This document shows positions 1-14,366 of a stretch of 64,000 nt of DNA, one piece after another. The stretch is from Ptychomitrium polyphyllum (taxonomy: Eukaryota): NCBI GenBank assembly GCA_973851085.1, contig OZ316775.1, forward strand, positions 3,472,001 to 3,536,000. The letters run 5' to 3'. The position numbers were made by a program, and so were the translations under genes. The notes under the pieces were generated by a model. It worked only from the letters and a program-made list of their open reading frames with translations. It was not told where the DNA came from and searched no databases. How positions within the stretch are numbered: the stretch's first letter is position 1; the number at the start of each line of letters is the position of its first letter.

Positions 1-2147
1 AGATATAAGGGTTGACACGTTTCAATGTTGCTTCGTCAAAGTAGGCATGAACAGACTTCCTCCAACTCAACCTAATTCAGACTAACATGAAGGGCAAATT
101 ATACATTACTCGGATGTAATCAAATATAGCCTGCTTCAAAGCCGCATCCTCCTGAGCAATGTACCATCCATAAACCAGTCCAGAACGCAGCCTATCAGTC
201 ACCCAGTTGTAAGTCTCCAATACATCCTTTGTCTTTGTTTCTTCTCCAAACACCGAATTCTCTGTCAGATCGGGCAATGGGATCCAATGTGGACAGCAGG
301 GTGGCAATCTCCTTCCTCCTCATCTCCTCCTCCGATGCGGTTCAGCTATCTGTGCAACCTCTACCTCCAGGTCCACTGTAAAAGGCACGGCAGGAACCTC
401 CTCCATCGCTATGTACTTCCTCTTCTGCTTCTTGTGCAATTCTTCGCCTCTGGTCGCTCCATGATCCGCCACAATCTGCAGACAAATATCTGAGCTGCCA
501 TTGGAATTCCTTCCGCTTCATTCATCTCCATCCTCCTGTGCTTCAGCTCGGGATGGTGACAACCTGATTACTGTTGTGCATTGTGTGCAAGCGCATCCAC
601 TAAGCTAACTTTATCACCTAACGTACTCAGAAAGGAGTGATCTCCTGCTGCACTGACGTGTTTCAAATTAGTCGACAGTGGACTGCGAGAGCTTTGAGAC
701 TCCGCTGGCGGCTGCTGTTGATGATGATTATCACAAAAAACTTGCGTTCCAAGACTGCATTGCATGCACCAGGATGCAAAATACTGTGGACCGAACAAAA
801 AATCACAAAATATTACAGAAAAAACTGCCTTTTTCATAATACATCCTTAACTTTTGAAGATACCCTGCTTTGCATGCCAGTGAAGATTCTGGATCCCATT
901 GAAATAGTTATTTGCTCAGTCCTCCTCAAAGTCAAAACTTTTGCTAAAAGCACGTTTTAACTCATTTTCACCATAAAGAGGAAAAAAAGCACGTTATTTT
1001 TGATGAGCCAAAAAAGAATTTTTACAATGTAAGGGCGTGGTAGGAAAGCCGCAAATTTTGGAACTTTTTAAAGTTGATCAAGTTTCTCAAAGTCTTTCCT
1101 AAAGCCAATCTTTAGTTCATTTTGAATGGTCAAAGCTCATCTTAGCTATTCTTCCAAATTGGAAGTGCTTTTAATACTTATATAAAAAGATTATCATTTA
1201 CAAGGAAAACCACACTCTAATAATACAAGATGAAGAGGTTTTATTTCATAGATAATTCTATTAATTCTTAAAAGAGCTTATTCATCTTATATTTTCATGA
1301 TATACAAAAATAAATTATAAATAGTATATAAATGAGTAATTTGGAGTTTGTATCCAAAAAAAAGTTATAGAAAGTGAATTATAGTTATATCTATACATTT
1401 GGATTCTACATTTATATCACCAATATTTTAATCTAAAATATAGCACTAAAATCTTAAATTTCTTTTTAAAATAGATTCTAAACAAAAAATTGGTATTATG
1501 GAAGTACATGAATTGAAATGTAATACTCTAAATATAGCAACTTTTTGTAAGTTTTCAATTACATAAAACTGTGAATTCTGAAAAAATTGAACCAAACATC
1601 TTGAACATTTTGACTTAAACCACTTCCACTTCACTAATCTTAAAATAATAATGAAATCTGATTGAGAATTTAAATCGCCGAATTCATGACTTAAAACAAG
1701 ATCCACGTCGGCAGAAAATAATGGATAGAATATCGTATCCAATTCCATAAATATTGGAGACTGCATTTACCGTGGCAGTTGCAGGAGCCACCTCCCGTAG
1801 GAGTTGATTATTTACTGCGCAGTTCAGTGACTTCGACGGTTCTAATGATTAGAACTCCAGTTTCGTAAGCAGCCGCATGGGAACGTCGCCGGGGAACTTC
1901 GTCTCTCTCGAATGTAGCACAAGAGAAACCATCCTCGCGGACTTGCTGCAACATCTCTCACATGCATCGATCCATCAGGGTTTAGGGTTTAACGAAGCTG
2001 GAGCATGCGGGCAGAAACTTCAGCACAGCCCACATCTCTCGTTTGCTGGGACGAGAGAGTTGAGTAGAGTTTCCAGGGCTTGCAAGACAGCTCTGGAAAC
2101 TTTCAGTACAGGCGGAGGATTCCGTCCGGTGGTCCGGGTGACTGGAC

Positions 2148-5100
2148 ATGGAAGCTTCGGGGATTACATCAGATGGTTGGAGAAAGCAGCTTCTGGAGTT
2201 GAATAAGGTACAAGTCTCCTGTTTCTTGTTTGAGTTCTTTAGAGTACAGAGTTTCTACGCTGTTGAAGGTTAAAGTTTTGGATTCTGTTGTTGGGCTCCA
2301 ACAGGTTTGGGGGTGAACTGGAGTGAACTGGATGTTGTGGTGTTCTGATTCTCTTTTCTGCAGGTTTATGATTGCTTGGCTAGCGCGAGTGAGTTGGCGC
2401 GGACTGGAGTGGGCGTAGGAGACTCTGTAAGTACTTTCTCGCTTCGCACTAGGAGGAGAATTAGGGTAGAGTTGAGGCAGCTTTAGAAGGCGGATGAGTC
2501 TGGTGATTAGAGTGGTATTGGTTAATGGCTTGATATTCTGTACTAGTTTCTTGTATAGGCGATGAATACATCTGTTTAGATTCTTGATTGCACCGGTGTT
2601 TTCTTGATACTGATTCAAGCATTGGATAATTTCGGGGTGAAAAGAGAAGAAGCGAAATAGACTTCAGGAGCATGCTGATGACTCTTTGGGCGAGCATTCC
2701 AGTGTGAGCAAGGCAGTTTCCGACGATATTATATATGATATCCTTCAGAATGTTGCGAATCTGGTGAGTAGTTGTATATGGTGATGGGAGATTAGTAAAG
2801 GAAGCCTTATGTGCCATGATCCTCATTCATCTAGAGAATGGTAATACACTGATACTAGTGTAGAATTGTGATGCGAGGTGTACCATATGTGTGATTCAAG
2901 TGGCGTTGTTGCAGGTTTCTCTTATCGAGGCAGAGAATGAGTTTGTGCGGCACTCTGCGAAGAAGATACTGATTGTTTTATCGGATTATCTCATTTTTAA
3001 AGCTCAGGTTCTCATCGTTTGCTTTATTAAGAAGAGGCAGTCCTTTTTGTAATTCCCTCTGCTTAGATCGTTGTTTTCTTTCTCGTTTCTCCTGTCATCG
3101 AGTTGTGATCAGCAGTGGTTCTTGCATATAAGGTTCTTTGTTTGGTTGTGTGGGGCAAGTCGTCCAACAGAGATTTGTTTGCGCAGATGGCATCATGGTG
3201 TTCCCTCCTACACCACATCTGGGACGTCCTAAGTTCGGAATGTGGAAAAGAATTGATGGTAAAAAATGATTGCACGAAAGGAAAGGGTGTTTCGACTTGT
3301 CATCTTACAAACCTATCAGAGAATCCTCAAGTAAATGACTCATTGCATGTGACGAGGAATTGGGGACCTGTTATTTGTGGATTAGAGATTCTTCGATGCA
3401 TTCTAAAATCCTGCATCAACGAGAAGGCTACTGCGGATGAGCACACTCAAGTGTTTTTTGGCCTTTTGGAAGAAAAAATTCACACTATAGTAAAGATTAC
3501 GTGTCCTGCGACGTGCAACCCAGGCGATTCCTTGTGTTCAGAAAGAGGACTAGTATGGAGTACTCTTCTACAGCTGCTTTGCACAACTATCGCATGCTGT
3601 GATCGGGATGCTGAGGATTCAATTTCTGCAAGCTCAGAACTGCAGTTGATGTTGATTGAGAAGATAGGAGGTTGTATACCCTTGTTTGCAAGGATAGCCC
3701 TGTTGCCACACAAGCATTCTTCGTCTCTGCATTGCCCCTCTTCTTTTTTGCGACATAAAGTTCTGGTGTGCCTTGCTCCACTTTGTGATTTTCTCAATTC
3801 GTTAAGGATTCGCTTATTCATTTATTTTTGAAATGTCTTGCCTCAAATGTACTAGTTTTAACGAAAGTCTGCTTTTCTAATTGATCGTCTGAAACATATT
3901 TGCGCTGTGCAGCGATTGATGACTGGTCTCTCCAGGTGGTTTGAAATAAAGCACAATCTTGCTCTTCAGTGCTTACGAACCCTTCGCAGAGAGGGTGCTG
4001 ATCTCATTGGCTTCTCCCTGGTAGAGAATAGTACGTTCTCAAGTGATAGCAACCTTATGCGTTCCTCCTTTCTTATATCGTTTGCACATACCAAAAAGGT
4101 TGGCGAATCCGTTCCTCATTCTGCAACTCACCTGCAGTGCCGCGCTCTCTTCCTTCTCTTTCGTATATGGTCGCTTGTAACCAAAGAACTAGATCCAAAC
4201 CAAGCTGTTTGTCTGGAGGCTTTTCAATTGAACAGTCTTAAGCGAAGCAATCCCGAAGACAGGAAAGAGCTTGAGGACCGTGCTTCTCAAGTGAGTGCTG
4301 GAAATCATCATCTGTGTAATTACCTACAATCTTTATGTCAATGCGGAAATCTGTCAGAAAAAGCTCTGAAGCAAGAAGCAAATGCAGGTGTTCAAGATTG
4401 GCTACAACTACAGAGTGAGGTCTCTATTGACAAGCTTCAAAACTTCTCCGTGACCTTTGTGGGGTTGTATTTGGATGAAGATGACTTGATGATTGAAATG
4501 TTATTATTGCTCGTAAGGCTGAGATCATCGTTACTTACTTTGATTGACAAAAATTTGAAGAAAACACTTACAATTGCCACAGCACTTGGTCCACTGGAGC
4601 TTTTTCAGGCTTTCCTGCAAGCGCTGTCGTATGATCACACGGTTTTAGTGGACTTTTTGATTTCGCAAAATATTGGTACATTGTTCCTGCGATACCTTAT
4701 GCTGTGCACCGGACTCTTTAGCAAACCTGAAGTTTACAGCAAAATGGAGAACTCACCTTCGTGTGAAGCTGGTTCTCGGAGCTTGGCAGAGGAATCACTG
4801 TGTTGTTTGTCGCAGTTGAAGGCCGCTATTGAACGTTTGCACCGACGAAAATTGTTCCCGTACAATCCCTCTTCTCTTTTAAAACGGTATTTCAGTTGGC
4901 CTTACATTGCTTGTCTTAAATGTCATTATTGATTTTCACATATATGTACTAGAACGAAGAATGTTTTGGTGCTTTTATTCTTTAGAACCTTACTCTTCTA
5001 TATTTCGAATAGTGGAAGTAAGATTTCAGGTATTCTTGGTACTTCTCTGTTGATTTCACGTTAGTTCTTTTTTTTGCTCGAGAAATTTTGACGTACCAGA

Positions 5101-5209
5101 GCAATATTTTTCAGGACTTCGTTCGTGTCTGCTGTAGTCAGTTGTTTATGATGACGTGTAATGTTTTGGCAGCTTGGGCATGCTCGAGGAGTTGCAACAA
5201 CGGGTATAA
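2148..5209 (+). CDS. Lines-domain protein (homolog of animal Lines/LINS1), multi-exon
   Basis: GT-AG exons approx. 2148-2207, 2364-2426, 2668-2763, 2915-3007, 3187-3765, 3913-4886, 5173-5209. The C-terminal motifs 'FQAFLQALSYDHTVLVDFLIS..FLRYL' and 'CLSQLKAAIERLHRRKLFPYNPSSLLKRL' match the Lines N- and C-terminal domains. The start codon is uncertain (see finding at 1877). Confidence 0.75.
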
Positions 5210-8200
5210 AGGAGATTTTCTTCAGTTTTATTGATCTCACCACTTAGACTTTGCGTTCAAGGTCGGTATTACTCGCATCAAATGCTATTTTGCAACTGCA
5301 ACAATTGATTTGTTGCCCTGTCAAAAACAGAGGTTTGCAACAGTGACGGCAGTTGAGAAACAGCGGGTACTTACGTATCACCTTGCACTCTTTCCATTTG
5401 ACGTTCAGGGGCATGGCGAGGACGAACACTCTTCTTTTACGAAGTTTAACTGTGCACGGCAATTATGTGCCAAAATCATGTAAGCACCACCTATTTTTTT
5501 GAATAAACCTCAGAAGTCAAATTATGGATCTCAGCTTTCTAGTTCAGCGCATTTGTTTTCCTGAATTGCCTTTCTTTTTGAAGCACTGGAAGGGCATATA
5601 CTGCACAAGTTCAAGGTCTTCATTCATAGATAGAAAAGATAATTTATAACAGTATTACCTATATAAAGGTAGCACCCTTCTGAGATAGTAATCGAGTGCT
5701 ATAGTATCATAGAAAGGGACCTGTAAATAAAGGGGTGAAGGTTGGATACGTACAGCCTGTAATTAGATCGGTAGAAAAGCGGGTCCATATAGTTTAGTGT
5801 TTGAAACGAGATGCGAATGACATCAAACATGAGTGTTGCTGGAGGTTGTAAATTAATTTATGCTTGTTTGCTGGCTAAGAACAGGTTTCATGACAACGTA
5901 TTTTTCTCCATTTCTAACCATCTGCAAGTTTATCACATCTCGTTTTCATTTATGAAGTTTAACATCATCAGAACAATCTGTAATTTATCAAGCTTAACAT
6001 CAATCACAACAGATTGGGTAAGTGTTGTAACGATATCTACTATGCAATTTACCATGTAGCACTACATCCAGAGTGGATATTTATGGTAGTTCTATTAGGA
6101 AGGTGAACGCTCTTTTCCTAGCTGGACTTGTATTTCTTCTCTAACATGTAATACTGACAACTGCAGGTTGCAATGGATCCGACAACCAGCCAAATCTTAC
6201 CTGGTGTGTTATGTATCATCTTATGGGTACTTCTTGAAATCAGGTATGATGCGAATATAATGAATGGTTTCTCCAGTCCAGAAGGAAATGTCAAGATTCC
6301 AACCTGGTGATTGTATTATTGAGTGTACTGTTCTGTACAGTTTTATCCAAACAGGCCTGGAGCCTGAAGCCTGGCACATGGATCATGGAATCATCATTTT
6401 GACTCCATTTCTAACCATCAGCATATCATATATCTGGTAGACATGCAAAGAATCAGCACCAACATGGTTAATGAACAACCAACATGAAATTGTATCCTAG
6501 GCTCCCCCAATCCATTTATCTTTGTAACATCATAATCATATATTGGCTTAATCATAGGCAACGGGAAATAGCAAGTACAATGAGTTTGTGTGAAATCCAT
6601 CTGAAGAATGTTATACACACTTATTGTTTATACATATTGTTATATATTCTTTTGTATTTGACCTTTAAACAAGACTAAAGTCATCCTTCTGGACATTAGA
6701 ATTACTCAAGACTTATATCATAACCCACCACAATTTTAATTCCATTTTATATCCTACAACAAAATGAAGCATTAAAGGCTATGTTGGTCTATTTATGCCT
6801 ACTCAACAATTTGGGGCCTAGGCACCTCTAATTTATCACGTTATTCAACCTTTATAATTTATAAATAAGAATTGAGGGGTAGTAATTTTACAGTACTAAG
6901 CTGAGGTGTAATCTGAGCTCTAAGTCAGACTCTTCAGAGTATTTCCCATTGCAGGTAGAAACATATTGTTTGGTAAATGGCGTCGAAAACTGTAAATGTT
7001 AAAACTGTAATGTGCAGACAGAGATGAATGTGGAAGCACAGAGATGAATTACCCCCTAGGTAAATTTTTCGTTTGCCAGTCACGTCCACTGTCCTTTTAT
7101 GTCACTGTTACTGTGCGTGTGGAGGAAAGCATTTAGTTAGTGTGACTCTGTACCTCAAGCAGTGCTGTGTAGTATCGTACCTCTATACAATTTTATATTT
7201 TTGTGACTAGTGCCTTGTACCTACAAAGCTAGCTTTACGAGGAAATGCCAAAAAAATACATGAGACTGTTAGGACATGTCGCAATTCCTTACAAGATTGA
7301 TTTGTTTGCCTAGCAGAAACACTTCAGCTCCCTCAAGGGTCAGAGCCTCAGGTCAAATTTTCCCAGGTGTATTTGATCCATGGGCTAAGAGAATGAATAC
7401 AAATTGATTAGCCACCAGTTACCTTCATCAGTTCAGAGACTGGGTTCCAGTTTGTGCATGATACTTTTCAAATAGTGAATAAATCTGGGACTACTGTACC
7501 TCTATTGTGCCCACATAGCACTCTACGTTGAAGGACAGGTACAGTCGGGAGGGTAAAGTGATAGACTGAGGAAAGGTGAGTATATGCCAGGCTTGCAATT
7601 TTCATGATTAGTTGTGACTGGTGTACATACGGATTTCTTTATCATTCATGACACTTGTATATGTAATAATTCATTAGTGTACAGCACCTTTCACGTCTGT
7701 AATTATCCTGAACGGCTTAGATGTTCTTTCACAAACAATAGGTCAGTGGAGTCACACGGGGTTGGGATCACTCAGTATTTATCAGTTGTCTTCCCGAATC
7801 CCGACCAGCTAACTTTAAAGAAATAGCAGCTTACGGTATCAAATAGTGGGAAGAATTTAAATAATGCTACTCCAGGATACAGATTTGTATTGGCTTGAAA
7901 TCAAGAATCTTTTCTAGAAGGGCATTGGAATATGCCCAAGGTTGATGGACTACGAGTTTAATCAGATTTTGCAGGCACACAAGAGAACTGATACCTGTGT
8001 ACATAGCTATTCACTAAGCTAATGGAAAACTTATACAAGCAGGCATTTCAAAGACATGACAACAGCCTTCTTATGTCTAGTATCCACCTCACTCCCATGT
8101 ATCTTGTTCAATCCTTAATCAATTACGAGGAAATTACTGTAGTCATATGCATTATCCCATTGGTGGATTTCACAGACCTAATATTATGATGTGGAGGTGC

Positions 8201-10361
8201 TGGAACCTCTTAGAAACTTGGAGGAAATTCACAACGCACCGCATTTAAGCATCAAGGCTATGTTCGTAAGTCAAATATGGTCATTTTTCTTGGTTTCAAT
8301 TAGTACAGTTTGAAGTGTTTTATCCACTCTATTTTAGAAGCCTCACCAGTGTTGCACACATGATGCAGGTTTTACCTTACTGAAAAGAGAACCTTCCAAG
8401 TTCTCTTGTAGTTTACCAGCAGTGTCACTTATGATTGTGCTCTAGCAACTAGTAAGGGTGCCACAAAACTCATCTTCGCTAAAATTTAGCAAATTTCTCG
8501 TTTATAATGATCTTCTTTGATCATAAAAACTAAAGTATCTGTTCTCACTAAAACAACGAAATTTACTTTTGATTTGCTGGTGGGATCCGCTGTTGTCCAC
8601 CAACCATAGGTAGTACAGGTGATGAAGGGATACAGACCGGTTTAAATGCAGGTGCACCTCCTGACCTGTGTTTTCATAGTCACACTGAAGGGTTCTAATA
8701 CATTTATGAGAAACTATGTTGAGGTTGAAAGCCATTTGCAGAGTACAAATAATGGAGGGCATTATCGTGACTGTCCACTTATAATCAGAGGTCAGGTCTG
8801 GCCTTCTGCCATTTCCAAAGATATGTCTCTACCAGTACGAAGAAACTGGGCACGTTCTTACTGTTATACAAACTTATTGGCTAGGATGTGATAGACAAGT
8901 AAAACAAGCCAGAAAAATCTATTATTATGGACCAGTTACCATTCAGGAATAAGGATTTCCTTTTGAATTCACACTTTTAACGAAGTCTCTTCATTAATAA
9001 ATTAAGCAGAACTGAATGAACAAGGGCTTGATAGAGAGCTGCACGTTAGCTTGTCTGACACCAAAAACTGTACCATTTCTGACTCAAGAGGGTTGGCTTT
9101 CAAGTGTTCTGCAACTCTAGCTCTAACATGCTAAATTGGCCTGCCTGCAAGCAACAATTATAGAATTTGCAATGTTATGATGCTCATCACCCTGATGAAC
9201 AGGGGTAATGGATACACCAGTGGACAAGCCTGGAGGTGTTCAATATCCAGCTGCCATTTTGTCCTTCCCTATCCCATGATGCACATGCTCATGCACACTG
9301 CTCATGTTACTTCTGATTGAGCAAGCATCTTTACAAATGATAAATTCTTCATAGCTCTTCAAGTTCCAATTCTTTTTTAGAAAATCTCTTTAATTTGAAT
9401 TAACAGTCAGAATTTTTGCGAATTTTAACACATTAGTAAAGTTGTAAAAGTCTTGTAATTGTTCATTAGCTCAACCCAATGTACCTAGTAACATAACTTT
9501 TCAGGGCCAAGCCTAACGTAGTTCTTCAATAATTCTATTGAAGTCTGCGTGTAATAATTGTACTCATATAAAAATACTTGGTAATGAGGTAGAGAACACC
9601 TACTGTAACAGACGCAGATTTGTGAGTCTGCCGTTATCCTGAAGGTAAGGAACCGGGAATTACATCTAAAGTGTTGATCATTGAGTATGTCTACTCGAAA
9701 GTCTGCCTTTGACGATGGTTAAAGAGATATCTCTTTTCCTCCTGGTTATGATCACCTTGTTGCCATACACTTGCACCGCTCGAGCTTCTACGGGAGGAGC
9801 TTAAAGCCTCCGCATGGTCCTGCTGCACTTATAACCCCTGTGTAGACAGAGCTGCAACTCTCTGAGCTCCTTCTTCGGCTGTGGGAAGATTCTTAAAGCT
9901 TGTCAAGTAAGAGCACAGCCCCTTCTGTCTGCAATACTGTCTTCATTAAACAATTGTAGCAAATCTTGTGTCTTTAGATTGCTGCGTGAGGAGATGAATT
10001 AAACGTGTTCAGAATCCTGGTGTGTGTCTGTTGGAACGCCACACTGTGGCTTGTCTTGCATCTGTCTCAGTTGACTGCCAATTCATTTTCTGATCCTCTT
10101 CCTGTATCCTTCAGTTTTGAGGTCAAGGAGTTGGACTCCAATGTGGATGATCAACTTCTCTCAGTTTCAGCAATCCTATTGTATGAAGTTTGAATGACTG
10201 CTGAGAGTATTTGCATTGGATCTAATTCAACGACTTGAAGAACAGTGAATGTGGCCCTTTTAGAGTGTCACTGGAATCCTGTGAATGTGGAGGGATGTTG
10301 GTAATTTATGACCTTGTGCATTATTTGTTGCAGCTGTCATACACGACGCACGTTAGCCACC

Positions 10362-12127
10362 ATGGGAGTCTCTTGTAGGAAACCACTTCTATTCACGCTC
10401 CTGGCAGTCTTTTGTTACACTGATCTCATCGTTGTTGCTCAAGAAGAAGATGACTCCATGACCAAGTGGCTCAGGTTCATGGCTGATACTTCTGGCTCAG
10501 ACGCCGACTCAGAATACTTCGAATCACCGTATGAGAATTCCTATGTGGCCCAGCCAGATAGCCACCCGGATGGGCCAAAGCAGGGAGCCAGCGTAGGAAT
10601 GTTCGTGAAGTTTCCAAAGCCACAAGGCAAGAGTCGGAAGATCACTGTCTCAAAGTCCGGGAAAGACGATTTCACTACCATCAAGGCTGCTCTAGACTCC
10701 ATAGCCGAGCACACCAAGCACCGCACCGTCATCCACATCCGCGAGGGCGTCTACGAGTAAGCACTCATGTTCTTCTCTGCCTAGATAAAAGCAGTCAGTT
10801 TATTTACAAAAACATCTAAGTTGTATATCATTATGCATCTCCTTGAACGTGCTAATTTTTAGTTGAAATGTTTGATGCAGGGAAAAGATTTTCATCAATG
10901 TTTCCAAGCCATACATTTCCTTTGTAGGAGATAGCCAAGAGAAGACAATCATTCAGTGGGGTGACAAGGCTGGTGATTTCGATGATGACGATCAGCTGCT
11001 CAAGACTTACAAAAGTGCCACCGTGGGAGTGAACTCCCAATACTTCATTGCTGAAAATATCCAGTTCAGGGTAAGCAAGTTACTATCTTAGCAAGCTTGC
11101 GTTTCTGGCATTCTTTGGGGAATTTTGGAAAGATGTTTCCTTGTGATTTTTTGACATGGAGTTTATGTGATTGACCGTGTGCAGAATACGGCACCTCAAC
11201 CACTTCCAGGCTCAGTACTAAGGCAAGCAGTGGCGCTGCGCATCACTGGTGACAGGGCTGCTTTCTATAACTGCTCCTTTTATGGATTCCAAGACACTTT
11301 GTATGACCACAAGGGTCGGCACTACTTCGAGAACTGCTACATCGAAGGCTCCATTGACTTTGTTTTCGGCAATGGCCGCAGCTTGTACAAGGTAGCTACA
11401 TCAATCTTCTTCATGTCTGCCAGTCACCACACGATTCCAATTCCCATTCCCACTCATTTGAAACTCTGATACCATACGTGCTAATTTTCACATAGTGTAC
11501 AATGTTGATCTTGGCTTTTGGGACTGTTTTTTGCAGAACTGTCATCTGCACTCAGAAGCAAAGACGTTCGGCTCTGTGACTGCCCAGAAGAGGAACGAGT
11601 CACATATGAACACAGGATTCTCCTTTGTGGATGCCACCATCACGGGCAGTGGTCCTATTTACTTAGGACGGGCATGGGGAAACTACTCTCGTACTGTGTA
11701 CTCCTACACATGGATGGACAACATTGTGTACCCACCTGGTTGGTCAGATTTCGGCTTCTCTGATCGCCAAACGTAACAACCTTTCTTCACCTTCCGTACA
11801 GTCCAAAGTGACATAATGTTTCAACAGTGCACTTCCATTTGCTTTGCACTTTCCTGAGTAGTTGGCACTTCCAAAGGCTTTGCTTTCATCAGATATTTAC
11901 TTAATTGGTCTTCTGAGATTTTCGATGGTCATGTTTACAGAAAGGTATTTTATGCCCAGTACAACTGCAAGGGTCCTGGAGCAAACACTAACGAGAGAGT
12001 AGCGTGGGTGCGAGAGCTCACAACCGAGGAAGCAAAGCCTTTCCTGTCTGTGCACTTCATCAATGGCAAAACATGGCTGAAGAGGTACATCGGCAAGAAC
12101 ATTAAGGTGAAGAAGCTTAAGAATTAA
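10362..12127 (+). CDS. Pectinesterase (pectin methylesterase, no PMEI pro-domain), 5 coding exons
   Basis: Signal-peptide-like N-terminus, then '[10 protein letters not shown]', 'IHIREGVYE', '[17 protein letters not shown]', 'GFQDTLYDH', 'GSIDFVFG', 'YLGRAW', 'YNCKGPGA'. Exons approx. 10362-10756, 10881-11070, 11185-11391, 11537-11772, 11941-12127. Confidence 0.95.
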
Positions 12128-14366
12128 TGTCTTTCATCTCCATCTCAGCTAATACCCAGTTTTGAAGAGACCTGCACGACAAGATTATCAACCTATGTCT
12201 ACATACCCTGCCCCAGAGCTGCAACTTAATCGCTGCAACATGAGCTGGTGGTCGGTCTCACAATTTCGACCAAAAGCGTAGAGGATGAGTATATTATATC
12301 CTACCTACAACATGATTTAACAAAGCTTGCTAGCCTTGATCTGAAGTTGTTAATCTAATTTTTAGTCCTGTAGAAAAACATCATGTGCCAAAAAATTATG
12401 TAGCTCTTTGTTACCCGTCAAGGCTGTCAATGACCACAAAAGTTTTTCTTAAAGGGTAGGATTTGTTGTAGGGTCAGATATTATTCACTATATGTTGCAA
12501 GGCGGTCCCATTCTAGGCCGTGAAAGATTTGTTCAATAAATTTGACATGGTCTCACCAGCCTGTAGACTTTGTCATATGGACAAGGCGAGTGAAAATGCA
12601 CAACTCTCTGTGTACGTAGAACTCGGTGATTGTGGAATGAGTATTGAGTCTTATAAACAGATGATCGATCTGCCAACGACTTTCTTAGAACTGCAGGTTC
12701 TTGAAAATGTAACTGACTTCAAAATTTCTTAGTAACCATTTTTTACTTTTCCTAAATAGCATGACGAGGATCTGGAAGCTAATGAACTACAAAGGGTTGA
12801 TCATCACAATGAAATGCTTTCAACTACTGTACGGCATCAAAATTTAGCATTGTCATGAGCCATTTGGAGTCTCCTTGGTTCTTCATTTGAAACTTCGATG
12901 CAGACATTGTAACCGTTCTTGTCAATCGAAATAATATTAATGTTTTTAGAAGCATTAAGTTGGTGTAATTACTTCATTGCAGCACTATTCGCACTTTAAA
13001 ATTCAGTATTCTAGATTTACAATCTACAGGCCTATACCAACTACCTGTAAAGTAAACGCACCAGAAAAATGTTCTACGTATCACTTACCAAATAAGCGAA
13101 ATATGGGTTTTTGAGCATTTTCAACTCGCTTCTTCTCTGTAAAAAAATCACAGCTGGGATAATCCTTATCACCACCAAAATGTCCAAAGTTGCTTTAATG
13201 GATGCATCTATAATGACGGTCTACTTATGGAGGCCTTCTTCTCACATTCTCCAACCAAGACTTTCAGTGCTTTCACATTCTCCTCTCAGTGCTTCGTTTG
13301 CTGTCCATGAATTGCCAACTTCTTGATCTTTGCAAATGGCATCAAATATGCAGATCTTCGATGATAAGGAAGCGCGTGATCCATCTCCTCTGACAACCAC
13401 CACAGTTTTTCAATCTACTCGCTGCTTCCATAACACAACAACCACGGACGGGATGGATGGTCAATTTACGGTTGGTAACCAGGTTTGCGTACAAAACTCT
13501 TCATGCATTTGAGAAGTGAAATTCCGGTGACTTTAGTCTGCGACAAGGTAGGATTCCGAGTTCCTCCGCCGCCAAGACCAAAACTTACGCCGTCGAAGCT
13601 TTTAATGACGACGGAATGAGTAATGATTGATGAGGGCTCCTGGCTATGGCGGCCTGCAGGACACAGGTGCACCTTGTGTTTAATCTACTGCAGCCTGTCG
13701 ACACGGCATTACATTGGTCAGGATGTGATCGATTGTTACGTGAATCACGTTATTCTAATGCGAGCAGAGTTTGGATGGATAGAATGCATTGTCCAGGTTT
13801 CTAGTGCTTTCTCCTTTTGAAGGTTGAAGTTTGAAGCAGATCGTCTCGATGAAGGAATTTTCTTGAATATATCTTCCTTGGTTGAGTAGCAGGGGAGTTC
13901 CCTTTGTTTTGATGGGTGAAAATTGGGGTTTCTTTGCTCATTTTTCTTTTCTTGCATTCTAATGGCGATTCAGAGGAGCTGAAGAGTGGTTGGAGGAGGT
14001 AGATTCACGACCATCAGAGCGTTTGCAGAGGCTGGATTAAACGAAAGCTTTTCAATTCTCATCTTTCTTCTTTACCTTTTCTAATGGGCCCAAACGAAAG
14101 TGACTTGGTAATCATTGCTGTAATACATCAGATCTTCTCGTGACACCGTTGATGGAGAATTGAAAGTAATCTGGATTTAGACTTCTGTAATGAACACGTT
14201 TGGACCGCAACTTGATTTCCTTACAACAAATCACACTGCACTTATGGAAATGGATCCTTGAAACACAATAATCTCAAAAATGAAATGAACATGAATCAAA
14301 GGTCATATTATTTCAAGTGGATATTTTTGTACCTAAGTACTTCGGTCTTGGGATGAGAAGCTCTGT

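Noticed and set aside
13100..14070. Moderately GC-rich stretch with short minus-strand frames, possibly a pseudogene
   Set aside because: No recognisable domain or consistent exon structure.
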